From NCBI RefSeq assembly GCF_963921235.1, contig NC_086108.1, positions 48,176,001 to 48,240,000 on the forward strand: DNA of 64,000 nucleotides. Direction: 5' to 3'. The DNA is from Mobula hypostoma (taxonomy: Eukaryota). Both the position numbers and the translations under genes were made by a program. Shown one piece after another: positions 13,576 to 25,448 of this stretch. The first letter of the stretch is position 1. Every line of letters starts with the position of its first letter. A model generated the notes under the pieces. It saw only the letters and a program-made list of their open reading frames with translations. It did not search any database and was not told the DNA's origin.

Positions 13576-14188
13576 TACCTCTTCCTAGAGATGCTGCCTG
13601 GCCTGCTGCATTTACCAGCAACTTTGATGTGTATTGCTTGTAAAGTAACATTAGTGGGACCCAGTGTAATCATGATTTTGCTTTTGAAAAAGGGACCTAT
13701 TGACTTGGAACAGGTATCCTTGCTGCCTGCACAGGAAGTGTCAGACAGCAGGACCCTGGACACTTTCTGGGAGACAAGTAATTTGGATTTTATTTCTATT
13801 AGAAAAATAGAGAATGCTGCAGATATTTTTCAGATCAAGCAGATCAGGAGAAGGTGAATTAACATTTTGGATCAATGCAGTTCCTGAACCTGAATTGTTA
13901 ACTCGTTTTCACTCTCCATGGATGGCTAAAGCATAGAAGTAAATTTTGGAAGATGTCAACACAGACTCTAATTCATCAAGTTGCGGAACAGAGTCAGATA
14001 GTATTACCTCATAGTCTAATTGGAATTAATTATATTTTGAGATTTTAGGTTTAGTTAGGAAAAACAATTTATGCAGTTACTTCAGCAAGGAACCTTTGAC
14101 AGCTTTTGCAATGAAGTCCAATGAACAGGACGTTGATCAATTATTTCATTTTGAATAATTTACCTTTTCTTTTTCATTACATGTGCAG

Positions 14189-14464
14189 AACCACCTCCAA
14201 CCATTCAGGTGCCCAGAAATGTCACTGCCATTCCTGGGGAGCGGGCCACCCTCACCTGCCTGACGCTGAGCACGGTACGCTACAACCTGACCTGGCAGAG
14301 AAATGGCATTGACCCAAGACTGTCAGAGAGGCACCGGGTGAGAGTAATGAGCAACCTGTCTCTGGAGATCAGGAACGTGCAGCCAGCCGATGCTGGGCCA
14401 TACAGCTGCATTGCTGCAAATGAAGGGGGTGTCGCATCTGCTGCTGTCTATTTGATAGTACAAG
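14189..14464 (+). CDS. HMCN1: Hemicentin-1 coding exon (276 nt, phase 1 to 1), one complete Ig domain
   Basis: atgtgcag|aa ... caag|gtaagt. Encodes EPPPTIQVPRNVTAIPGERATLTC...W...DAGPYSCIAANEGGVASAAVYLIVQ. Confidence 0.96.
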
Positions 14465-14879
14465 GTAAGTGCACAATTGTAACATGCAGATAAATCATTG
14501 CTTCATTTCATACCAATGTAAAAGCAGATGGCATATCTTCGAAACAATGCACAAGTTTCAGCTTGCCATAATTTCAGTAAGCTATGGACATGTTAAGAGC
14601 GAAAAGCTGCTTAAATTATAGAAGGGACAACATCGTGTGCGCCGTTTATTTCTTTTTGTAACTTAAAGTAACTTTTATGTCTTGCACTGTACAGCTTCCA
14701 CAAACAGCAAATTTCATGACATACAGTAGGTAAGTAGTAATAAAGCTGATCTGGTATACCATCAAATTGATATGAATATAGTGTATAGATTAAGGACCAC
14801 TCAGTTTTATTTTGTCCCATTGTTTCAATCATTTTTTTTCATTATCTGGACTTTATCAATAGTTGTGTAGGGTTTAAAA

Positions 14880-15350
14880 ACTAAGAAATTAAATTGAATT
14901 TTTTATAAAACATTGGTCCAGTCCCAAGTGGAGTATAGTGCTCATTTTGCCACTGCATCACAAAATATGAGAACGAGTTCAGTAATGATTTACGAGAGTG
15001 GTTCCGGGGATGAAGAAGCACTGTTACAAGAATGGTTCAGAGGCTCAGGGAAGGTGTGGACACAACGAATATTGAGCAGCTGTATCCCTTTGGTGGAGGG
15101 GTTGAGGACTGGAGGAAACAGGAATAAGATGAAAGGGAAGAGAAGTGAGTGACCTAGCTTGTTTATGTAACATGTCTGAATGCCCTGCCTGCAGATGTGG
15201 TGGAGAAGGGTCCCAAAGTGGCCTTCAGAAGAGACACATGCTGAAGGAAAATGACAAGGCTGCAGAGAAAGACTAAATGGGTGCAACTAGTTAATTGCTC
15301 TGCAGGGAGATGGTGCTGACATGATAGGCTGAATGGTCTTTGCCCTATTT
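14880..15350 (+). mobile_element. Degenerate CR1 LINE 3' fragment
   Basis: ttttataaaacattggtc...ggagtatagtgctcattttg and the 3' end ataggctgaatggtct resemble the 3' regions of the other CR1 copies. Confidence 0.6.
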
Positions 15351-16039
15351 ACCTATGAGGAATATATTTTAATTAAACCTTAATGTTTTCCCCTGTATAA
15401 TATTGCCTGTGGAACTATTGCCAGTTATTATCACATTCATTCTAAGTCCATGTTTCAGTATGAGAATATCAAACTTAGAAAAGTCTTTCAACAACAGAGT
15501 ATGTTTAAAAGCCAGTATTGTGCCATAGCCACAGAATAATCTTGAAAATATTGTACTTCCATTTGTATTCATATGGTTTCTAAATGAAGGTAATTACCCT
15601 TTGGCTGAATGAGGGAAAACTGAATAATAATGGGTGATTTAAAGCTCACTTGAAGGGACATTGAATGATATTTATAGGCACAGTGAGGCAGGAAATAAGA
15701 AGAAAAGTTTAGAAAAAGAATTGAAAGTAGGCTGTGAGTCCTTAGAGGCTCCATCATCAGAGAAGGGGGATTTACAGGTTAAAACCAGCTCTAAACGCTG
15801 TAAAAACATCAGCTCAGAGGGAAGTGCGGGCTGATGTTTTAATAATGAAGCATTGAAGTTGAAAACGAGGACCTAGAATAGTTAAGCAAAAGTTGCGATA
15901 ACAGGACTTGTGCTGAAGAGCAGTGAATAAGGCCATATTTCTGCTTTACTTTACAGCACATATTAATGAACCAAAAGCATCGTATTGTCTTGGCTCTCTA
16001 TGTCTGTTCTGAGCAAAAGAAGGTTGAACAAGGAGCAAT

Positions 16040-18290
16040 CTTTTTTCTTGATTTTATTACTGTATTCACTCAGAATTCCAAGGACCCTTTGGCAAACAAG
16101 TTCCTACCCCTTGATCTAAGTATACCATATTTCGATTTAGTGTTGGACTTCCAAACCAAGAGACCCCAGATATCAGGATGCACAACCAGTCTTTCCTCCC
16201 CATCATCCTTAACATGCGCCCCCCCCAGGGTCTGCTGAGCCCATTGCTGTTCACTCTGCTCACAAATGTCTGCACAGCCAAGCACCCGATCAATCACATT
16301 GTCAATTTCGTCAGTGGTGGGGCTCATCACCAACAACGATGAGATGGCCTGCAGAGAGGAGGTGACTGAGCTCAAGGCCTGGTTCGAGGAAAATAACCCC
16401 TTCATCAATGTCAACAAGATAAAGGAGGTAGCGCACACAAAATGCTGGTGAACACAGCAGGCCAGGCAGCATCTCTAGGAAGAGGTGCAGTCGACATTTT
16501 GGGCCAAGACCCTTCATCTGGACTAACTGAAATAAGAGATAGTAAGAGATTTGAGAGGGGGAGAGGGAGATCTGAAATGATAGGAGAAGGCAGGAGGGGG
16601 AGGGAAGAAGCTAAGAGCTGGAAAGTGGATTGGCAAAAGGGATACAGAGCTGGAGAAGGGAGAGGATCATGGGACAGGAGACCCAGGGAGAAAGAAAGGG
16701 GGAGGGGAGCCCAGAAGAAGATGGAGAGCAGGCAAAGAGTGATTGTGAGAGGGACAGGGAGAGGAGAGAATAAAAAGGAGGGGGGAAAATAAAAATAAAT
16801 AAGGGATGGGGTAAGAAGGGGATGAGAGGCATTAACAGAAGTTAGAGAAGTCAATATTCATGCCATCAGGTTGGAGGCTACCCAGACGGAATATAAAGTG
16901 TTGTTCCTCCAACCTGAGTGTGGCTTCATCTTGACAGTACAGGAGGTCATGGATAGACATGTCAGAATGGGAACGGGACGTGGAATTAAAATGTGTGGCC
17001 ACTGGGAGATCTTGCTTTCTCTGGCGGACAGAGTGTAGGTGTTCAGCGAAACGGTCTCCCAGTCTGCGTCGGGTCTCACCAATATATAGAAGGCCACACC
17101 GGGAGCACCGGACGCAGTATATCACCCCGGTCGACTCACAGGTGAAGTGTCGCCTCACCTGGAAGGACTGTCTGGGGCCCTGAATGGTGGTGAGGGAGGA
17201 AGTGTAAGGGCAGGTGTAGCACTTGTTCCGCTTACAAGGATTAGTGCCGGGAAGGAGATCGGTGGGAAGGGATGGGGGGATGAATAGACAAGGGAGTCGC
17301 GTAGGGAGCGGTCCCTGCGGAAAGCAGAGGGGGGGGAGGGAAAGGTGTGCTTGGTGGTGGGATCTCGTTGGAGGTGGCGGAAGTTAGGGAGAATAATATG
17401 TTGGACCCGGAGGCTTCTGGGGTGGTAGGTGAGGACAAGGGGAACCCAGCATCTGCAGATTTTCTCGTGTTTGCGAAGGTAAAGGAAATGGTCATTGACT
17501 TCAGGGGAACTCACATCATTCACACCTTTCTTCACATTGGTGGCACAGCGGTAAAAACAGCAAGCAGTTTCAGACCCCTGGGAGTGCACACCTCCCACAA
17601 CCTCTCATGGTGCCAAAACAAATTCTACACAATCAAGAAAGTTCATCTTTGCTTTTACTTTCTGAGGAGGCAGAAGAGAGCTGGACTATACACATCAATA
17701 CTCTCAACCTTCTGCAGATGCTCAGATCCTATTATGCTGTATCACCGCATGATACAGAAAATGCACTGTGGCAGGCAGGAAAGCTCGAAAGAAGCGGTCA
17801 AAACTGCCCAATGCATCACTGCCACCAGCCTATCGGCTATCAAGGACATTATATACAGAAAGGTACTCAAACAAGGCCAGGAACATCATGAAGGGTCCCA
17901 CCCACCATCCTGTTCATAGACTCTTTATCCCACTCCCATCAGGGAGAAGACTACATAGCATCCAAGCCAGTATCACCAAAATCAAAAACAATTACTTTCC
18001 CAAAGTAAGTGAGGCTGATCAACACCTTCAACCACTAACCCACTCCCCCAAGCCCCCAACCACCACTACTTTATCATTTCCTGTCTGTACATTATATACA
18101 ACACTCCTGTGCCTACCATCACTTATAATCAATCTATGTGTATGTAAGATATGTTTTGTATTTATTGTGTTTTTAATATTGTGTTCTCTTGTACTTTTTT
18201 GTGCTGCATTAGATCCAGAGTAACAATTATTTTATTCTCCTTTTCATTTGTGTACTGTAAATGACATTAAACAATTTCAAATCTTGAAAC
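16040..18290 (+). mobile_element. Rex1/Babar-like LINE fragment split by a PLE insertion (16432-17475)
   Basis: LSPLLFTLLT-like and INVNKIKE before the insertion continue as KVKEMVIDFR...KKVHLCFYFLRR after it; 3' tail aatgacattaaacaat...aatcttgaa. Confidence 0.8.
16432..17475 (-). mobile_element. Penelope-like element, 5'-truncated, with a short inverted terminal tag
   Basis: GIY-YIG ORF 16832-17158 (VIYC..LLYIGET..EH..H..E); degenerate hammerhead at 16488-16526; inverted ~28-nt tag at 17446-17473; degenerate direct repeat aagataaaggaggtag / aaggtaaaggaaatgg. Confidence 0.88.
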
Positions 18291-18989
18291 TTTGCATCTG
18301 GGCTTCTGATATCTTCTGATAATGTAAAATTAACAACTACATTTTACTTTTGTTGATAAATGAGGGATATAAATTCTCAAAAAGCTGCAGTGGGATTTGC
18401 CCATGGAAGGAGAGGGGGTGTAACAGAAATAAGCAAGAGAAAACTGTTGCCTTTGTTTATTCACATTTTTTTAACCATTTGTAAGTTGTAAATAACGTTA
18501 TAAGTCAGACAGGTGTTTTCAGAGGAGAGTGTTGAATACTACCTTGCTCTTTTTAGCCTGGGTTGAAATACAAAAATTTGGGAAATGCAGTGTTGAGCCC
18601 TCTTTCTGTATACCGTGTTCTTTGTTGTGAGTAATTTATCTCTTGGGTACTAGAATGCTTTTCTCCTGTAAACAGCTGCCTGGATGGCTAAAGACAGTCA
18701 TTTGCCATGTTCTTCAGTCTGGATGATAGTCATTGAACCTCCTTTGATGTAAGATCATTACAGAAAGCTGTTTAAAGTTGGGAGGTAGGGTGGGTTGAAT
18801 GCGATTTATTCATTTAACAAGACTAGGAAAGGAGGAGATGATTCCCACTTAGATTTTAAAATGGTAATTCATATAGATTTTAAATAGAATAAAAGTGCAC
18901 TTAAAATGTTTATCAAATCACTATTTCTGAAATTATTTATGATAACTGCACACTTTCTTAAGAAGATTTTTACATAATTAAAAACATAG

Positions 18990-19440
18990 GACTGTAGAGT
19001 TAGAAAGTCAAAGAGTTGTAGAGCAAAGAAATGGATACTTTAACGACAGTATCCATGTCAGACTCTTTACCCAACCGCACTAACACATTATCCACATTAT
19101 CCACCTATGCCTTTTCTATTCAAGTGCCTCTAAGTGTCTCTTAAACATACCACTTGGATCTTATTCCACTGCTGCCTCTGGCAGTGAGATCCAGATATCA
19201 AATATTTTTGGAGTAAATATAATCTTCTCTCCAGATCCTCTTTAAAACTTCTTCCAACCTTAGTCCTCGGCCATCTGGTTTTTGATAAACCCACCAGGGA
19301 TAAAAGATTCTGGCTCTCCATCGTCTCTGTCCCATATAATTTTGTACCCCTTTGTCAGGACACACTGCAAGAAAATCAAGTCCAGCCTATCCAATTTTTT
19401 TCTGGAAGCAAAGTCCTCCAATCTGTGCAACACCCTAGTT
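18990..19440 (-). mobile_element. Degenerate CR1 LINE 3' fragment
   Basis: Resembles the CR1 copy at 27146-27765 (ccactgctgcctctggcag..., tctggtttttgataaacccacc). Confidence 0.55.
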
Positions 19441-21299
19441 CAGATAGTAAAAACAATTCAGCATTTTAGTGGGCTAATCTCAAATTTTTGTTTGCCCTTC
19501 CAGAACTATTTAAATTTCCATTTCTTTATCGTTGCCTATGCACATTTATGATTTGCAGAAGGTTTACCATCCACAGGAAGGTGGATGAGAGATGTAAGGA
19601 AAGGAAATGTTAGGTTTTGAAAGCAAAATCATGTGCTGCAGATTTCTCTATTTTGTTTTGTAAAATTTGTAATGGGTAAACTGGAATAGCATGAGCAATA
19701 AAAAGCAGTGTTTTTAGCATTTCCTAATGTTATCTTGTTGCCTCCACACATATCAAAGCCCTTGAGTGTTCACTTGAGGGGCCTATGCACCTGGCCAAAC
19801 ACAGCACCCATACCAATCACCATTGTCTACGTGTGGGTGTGAAAACCTTTATACTTCACTCATTCTCTGCCCACTCTTCATCACCCAGTGACTGCACATT
19901 CACTACTCTAAACATGACAGTTTAGTTATTGGACTCGATGTAAATCCCCTTCCTCACCTCTTTTCCTATAATCTCTTCTTTATGACCATGTCTTCAATCT
20001 ACCTAGCTTCTATATTTTTTATTGAATGCTTATCTTTTCTGCTTTGTGCTGGATTGGTTCACTGTAGGGGGAAATGGGTAGCTGCAAAGCTGATAAATGA
20101 TTTGTACAACCTTTGAGCCTTCGACTCCATATCCCACTTCTTTCCCACGCCTGGTAGATGCAGAAATTGAGACTGAGCGTGACCTTCACCAAATTGGTTG
20201 TCTGCACTGCCGAAGTGCCCTCCACCTTTGTAAATACATTAATATATACTGTTTACATGAAACTATTTTAGTGTTTTTTGAACCAACCTACCACTAAGGT
20301 CATATCTCAAAAGCTCATTTTTTTTATATCTCTACTTTGCATTTTATCTGAAATGTTTTAAATTAACAGAAACATGTAGGTAAATGAAGAAATATTTAAA
20401 TGCTTGAAATCCAAGTGTTGTAATTTTAGACTCTTTTTCCCAAAGTGCATATTTGCTTTGTCTCCTTTTCGTACTGTAGTTGTTTGGATTGGATATTCCT
20501 AGCCTCAGCTCAATTATCTGGTAGTCTGGCCTCAACTGTGTCTATGGATTAGGTAAATCTAAAACAGCAGTTGGTGAACTGGGAGAAGAAAGAATGCTGA
20601 GGAGGTAAACCCGGGGGAGCAGTTGGACAATAGGTGAAAAATTGTAAGAAAAATGAAAAAGATATACAACTTCACAAGAGAAAGCAGCACAGAAACTTTG
20701 TGCATCCAGAGCGTTACCAAACACTGTCTTTTAGACTGTGACCCCTTGCTGCACTCCTCATGGAATCCAATGATGAAGTGCCAATTTCCCAGCACTTTCG
20801 CTGGGAAATCTTAGTTGGAATCTGTGACATGTTAGACCTGGCTCAGGTTCAGTAACTTAATCAATCTGCATGGATGGAAGGAGGAAGAGAGGTACATGAC
20901 ATATTATTTGCATTTTTTGAATTAATTGAATTTATTTAGATGTTTCTAAATGTATTTGATTACTTTAATTGTTCCTTTTAGTGTTTGAAAAGTTTACTAC
21001 TTCAATTTGAGTATTTAAACTTTTTAATTCTTATTGGATGTAATTTTTGGAATATAAATTGTTGAATTTTGGGATATTGTTTCAATGTTTCTGAATATTG
21101 AAGACATTCAAACCCTTGACAATTTGTCAGGGCATTTTGGGAGGAGTTGCTCACCACTTTCGGTGGGAAGACAGTATACTGCTCAGATCTCCACTGATCA
21201 GCAACTTCGATCCCAGGAAATTCCAAGTCTAATTGAGGCGGATTGGACAGAAACTCCAGTGGGTTGGCTGCAGCTAATGGATCAAATATCCTTCTAAAT

Positions 21300-21600
21300 G
21301 GCACCATGTCAGCGTAGTGGTTAGTGCCATGCTATTACAGCTCGGGGCGTTGGAGTTCAATCCCGGTGTACTCTGGAAGGAGTTTGTACACTCCCCCCCC
21401 CCACCACCACCCCTGCGGAATACGTGGGTTTCCTCCAGGTGCTCCGGTTTCTTCCCACAGTCCAAAGATGTACCAGTTAATAGGTTAATTGGGCATTGTA
21501 AATTGTCCTGTGATTAGGCTAGGATTAAATCGGGGGTTGCTGGCAATGCGGTTCGGATGGCCAGAAGGGCCTATTTCACACTGCATCTCTAAATGAATAA
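21300..21600 (+). mobile_element. tRNA-derived V-SINE (HE1-like)
   Basis: A-box-like cagcgtagtgg, B-box ggagttcaatccc, V-domain gtgggtttcctccaggtgctccggtttcttcccacagtccaaaga and a LINE-like 3' end. Confidence 0.75.
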
Positions 21601-23179
21601 ATATAGTAAATAACTATTGTAAATAGCTGGTGTACAGGAACTGCTCCATGATCGTCCATCACTTCCAAACAGTGGTTTCATGTAGATTTGCCAGTGTTCA
21701 GAACTCCCAGTCATGAATGTGGATGTTGCAAACTTGTTGACCTCTCATCTCTGGCCTTTTGTGAGCTAAATTTCAGCACTGGAATCTGGCATTTGAGTGC
21801 CAGTTTGTAGGGAGTATTGCTCTTGCCTTTATTTAATAGGAGGGAATTGCCTGCAAGAATAAATGTAAGTTTCAGTTAATTTTTTAAAATTAACTGCGTT
21901 TTGCTAAACGTTCTTTTTTAACTTTGTAAGCTTTCAAATCCTGTTTTAATTATTTTAATCTTTTATTTGATCTTTCAATACTTCTGAATAAGATTTCAAA
22001 AACACTCAAATGCATAAAGTTTCATAGTGAACTAAATCAAGGGACATTGTTTGATCTGTGTGTTGACGTTTTTCAGCTGTTGAATGGGAAGAGTGTGTTT
22101 GGCCATTCCCATGTGATACAGTTTACTTGGACATTACCCTGCATTTTGCAGTACCTCACCAATGAGAACTGAAACAAATTCAGAAAGGAGGTTTGCACCA
22201 GTAGATCCATGGGGAAAGTAGAGAGCGAACTACTGAATCAGAGTCACATTTATTATTGCTGACACTTGTCATGAAACTTGTTTGTTTTTGAAAGAAACTT
22301 TGAGGGAAACTTTGGCTGGTGTGATAATAAATAGAGTGAAAGAGAAATAATGAAGTAATGTTCATGGATTCATGGACAGTTTGGAAATCTGACAGCAGAC
22401 GGTGGAAGCTGTTGAGTGAGCGTCTTCAAGCTCTTTTACCACCCCTCAATGGTAATAATGAAAAGAGAGCATGTCCCAGATGATGAGGGTCCTTAATGAT
22501 GGATACCGCCTTCTTGAGGCTCAAGAATTTCTATCAGAGCTTTTCAATTGATCTTGATACTGTGCATTTTGCAAGATGAGCCACATAAGTAATTTAAGGG
22601 GTGATAATTGTCTAAATTTCTTTAAGTGCATGCACACAGGCTTTTTGTTACAATATTTTTGCTGCTCACAGTCCCCGACTACGTTCACAGACATTTTCTA
22701 AAAAATTGGCCTTTAAAACTGACAAACTAGTACATTGATTTCCTGAAGTTGAGACGAAATGCTTAATGAAGCCCAGTCCTGCTTCAGGCTCAGCTGAGGT
22801 TACTTGAATATTTCAACTTGGTCCACATTTGGTTGTCACTGTTAAACAGTGACGTCCGTTTTTAGTTTCTTTAAAATTATTGGTTTTGGCATGGAAGTGA
22901 AATAGTTGATTGTTTTCTTTTGTTGAAGAATGCAGTTCCTAGGCTTGGTTGCTAATGACATAGCTAATGGGAGCATTAATCATACACTGGCAAAGCATGT
23001 AAAGAGTATTCTATAAAAAGGCTGCGAAATGTATGTCATTATAAATGAAGACCGACTTTTCTTCTCAATATCTCTTTTGCACCTGTTTATTCTTTTGACC
23101 TCTCCAAAGTAGGAATCCCTCTGTCTTTCCTGTACCTCCGATTTTCTTTTGAGTCATCTAGTAGCCATCAAACTTTACA

Positions 23180-23365
23180 ACTCCTCCCTTGGAGGGTCAG
23201 ACACCCTGACCCAATAGGCTGGTCCTGGACTTATTTCCTGGCATAATTTACATATTACCATTTAACTATTTATGGTTTTATTACTATTTATTATTTATGG
23301 TGCAACTGTAACGAAAACCAATTTCCCCTGGGATCAATAAAGTATGACTAAACTAAACTAAACTA
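23180..23365 (+). mobile_element. Short LINE 3'-end fragment (Rex1-like tail)
   Basis: Ends ...aatttcccctgggatcaataaagtatg followed by (actaa)n. Confidence 0.5.
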
Positions 23366-24799
23366 GTATAACTTCAGCTTTTGAATCACATATAACTGAA
23401 GGCAAGAAAGTAATGTACATTCTAAATCTATGTTGATATTGCATACAAAATAATTTGCAACTCTAAATATTCACTATGACTGCTTCCATGTGCATTGTTT
23501 TGAAGTTTCTGTCATTTCAAGTCATAACGGTCAAACAGAAAATGTCAGTGATAGAGGGATCATATCAGGTGACTGAAAATCATGAATCTGAAGTTGCTGG
23601 TCAGTGTCATGGGTTTACTGTTCAGCACTGAACATGAGACTCAGATCTGCATGTTTTAAAACAGTAACGAATGAGCTCATATCATAAGCAGGTTAATAGC
23701 TTCCCCGCACTTGTGAGTGTCCCACGTGATGGCTGTGATAACATCACCTACGTTACCCCGAAGGTGATAAGTTTGGCTCCGGCTGTTACCCACAGTCTCT
23801 GGGTAATATCTGCAATAATATCTCCCCAGTGAACGTGAGCTAATACACAACAAAACTGCTGCACGTAAAATTAATTTGACTCTGCCTTCCCTTCCTCAGG
23901 AATGCAGGAAAGTATATTTTAACAGTAAAGTGGAACCACATTTCTGCTATCTTGACTGAGACTGTGAAGTTGATAACATCTATACTTTCCAAAATGGCTC
24001 GCATGCTTTATTTAAATGATATGCTCAACATTTAGCTGAGATGGTAAATGCCTCTTTTGCCTGCATGATGGTGATTTTCTCTTTAATGTTTTGTTTGAAA
24101 TAAAATTGGCACTAATTTAACTGTGAAGATAGATCTACACTAAATACTTTGAATCCCAGGGTTAATATCAACTTCCAAGCTTACAAGACAATTACACTTT
24201 TAACCTTCAATTACTGAAGTCAATATCACGGGGTCAACAAGTATCCCTTGTGAAGGAGCACGGTGTAGTGAGGTTTGACTGCATTGACAATGTCCTTATC
24301 TCAAGTTATTTGTAGGGAAAAGGATTTAAACTGCTGGGTCTCAGAAATTAGCATTTTGTGACCTCTGGGATGTTTTATAAAAAATTATGACATTTAATCA
24401 GTGCAGGAATTTGCATTGTTTGCTCTAACAAATCACTTACCCTATTTGTGTGATGTCTCAAGCAGGATTGCTGATATTTCATTTGTTATTTTTAAAGTGT
24501 TGTGGATGTTCCTTTGGACCTCATGGTTTTAATGGGGAGCTCTGAAGTCCTGGGATAGGTAGGGGGAAATGTCCTTCAGTCCTAAAACTAGAGACGTTCT
24601 TCCAGGTGTTGATGCAGTAGGGGCATCTATTGAGATCTAGAGCTTCCCTTTTGTTTTTGGTAATATTAGCAGATTTTGAATCAAAATAAATATTGTCAAA
24701 GATGGTCTGAGGTGCAGCATTATTGAGCAGTTGACCTTGACCTTGAAGCCAGTAATGTAGCTGTTGGTGTAACTGGAAGATAGCAGGGTTCCACTATTC

Positions 24800-25090
24800 C
24801 ACAGCTGTGACAGTGTGAGCAATCATTGATCAGGGTTCAATTGCTGCCGCTTTCTGGCAGGGCTGTCTACGTTCTCCCTATAACCACATGGGTTTCCTCT
24901 GGGTACTCCAGTTGCCTCCGACGTTCCAGAGACGTACGGGTTAGGGTTGGTAAGTTACAGGCATGCTACATTGGCAGCCGAAGCACGGCAATGCTTGCTG
25001 GCTTCCCCCAGCACATTCTCAGACTGCGTTGATCGTTCAAATTTCACCTGCATGTTCACCTGTACATGTGACAAATGAAGCTAATCATAG
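24800..25090 (+). mobile_element. Degenerate V-SINE
   Basis: B-box gggttcaattg and V-domain-like catgggtttcctctgggtactccagttgcctcc...ccagagacgtac. Confidence 0.6.
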
Positions 25091-25306
25091 CTTTACCTAG
25101 CACAATGGCTTATGTAACTGTACCAGAATCCAATGGCCTGGATTCATAATCCTGAGAATCTGTGTACCATGAAAGTCTCCTGTTCAATTCAACAAGCGGT
25201 TAAGTGGATTTCTTCAAATTGATAGTCCTTGTCTGAATCTTCTATGATTTGCTTTTTCCAAAACCGTTATATTCCAAGTAAGTGATAATGCTGTGCTTTA
25301 AACCAG

Positions 25307-25448
25307 AACCTCCACGAGTCACAGTGTATCCCATGAACCAGACCTTCACAGAAGGGAGGGAGGTGCGAATCAGCTGTACCGCCACTGGCTACCCCCGTCC
25401 ACACACAGTCTGGACTCATAATGACATGTTTCTAATCGGAACAAGCAG
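25307..25448 (+). CDS. HMCN1: Hemicentin-1 coding exon (142 nt, phase 1 to 2)
   Basis: aaaccag|aa ... cag|gtagga. Encodes EPPRVTVYPMNQTFTEGREVRISCTATGYPRPHTVWTHNDMFLIGTSR. Confidence 0.95.

Larger units (their letters stand above)
12150..13637. mobile_element. Penelope-like element, inverted two-arm (palindromic) insertion
   Basis: Minus arm 12150-12819 and plus arm 12819-13637 both contain the GIY-YIG C-terminus and the 3' repeat. Flanked by the direct repeat TTGTA(G/A)AGTAACATT (12135-12149, 13638-13652). Confidence 0.92.
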
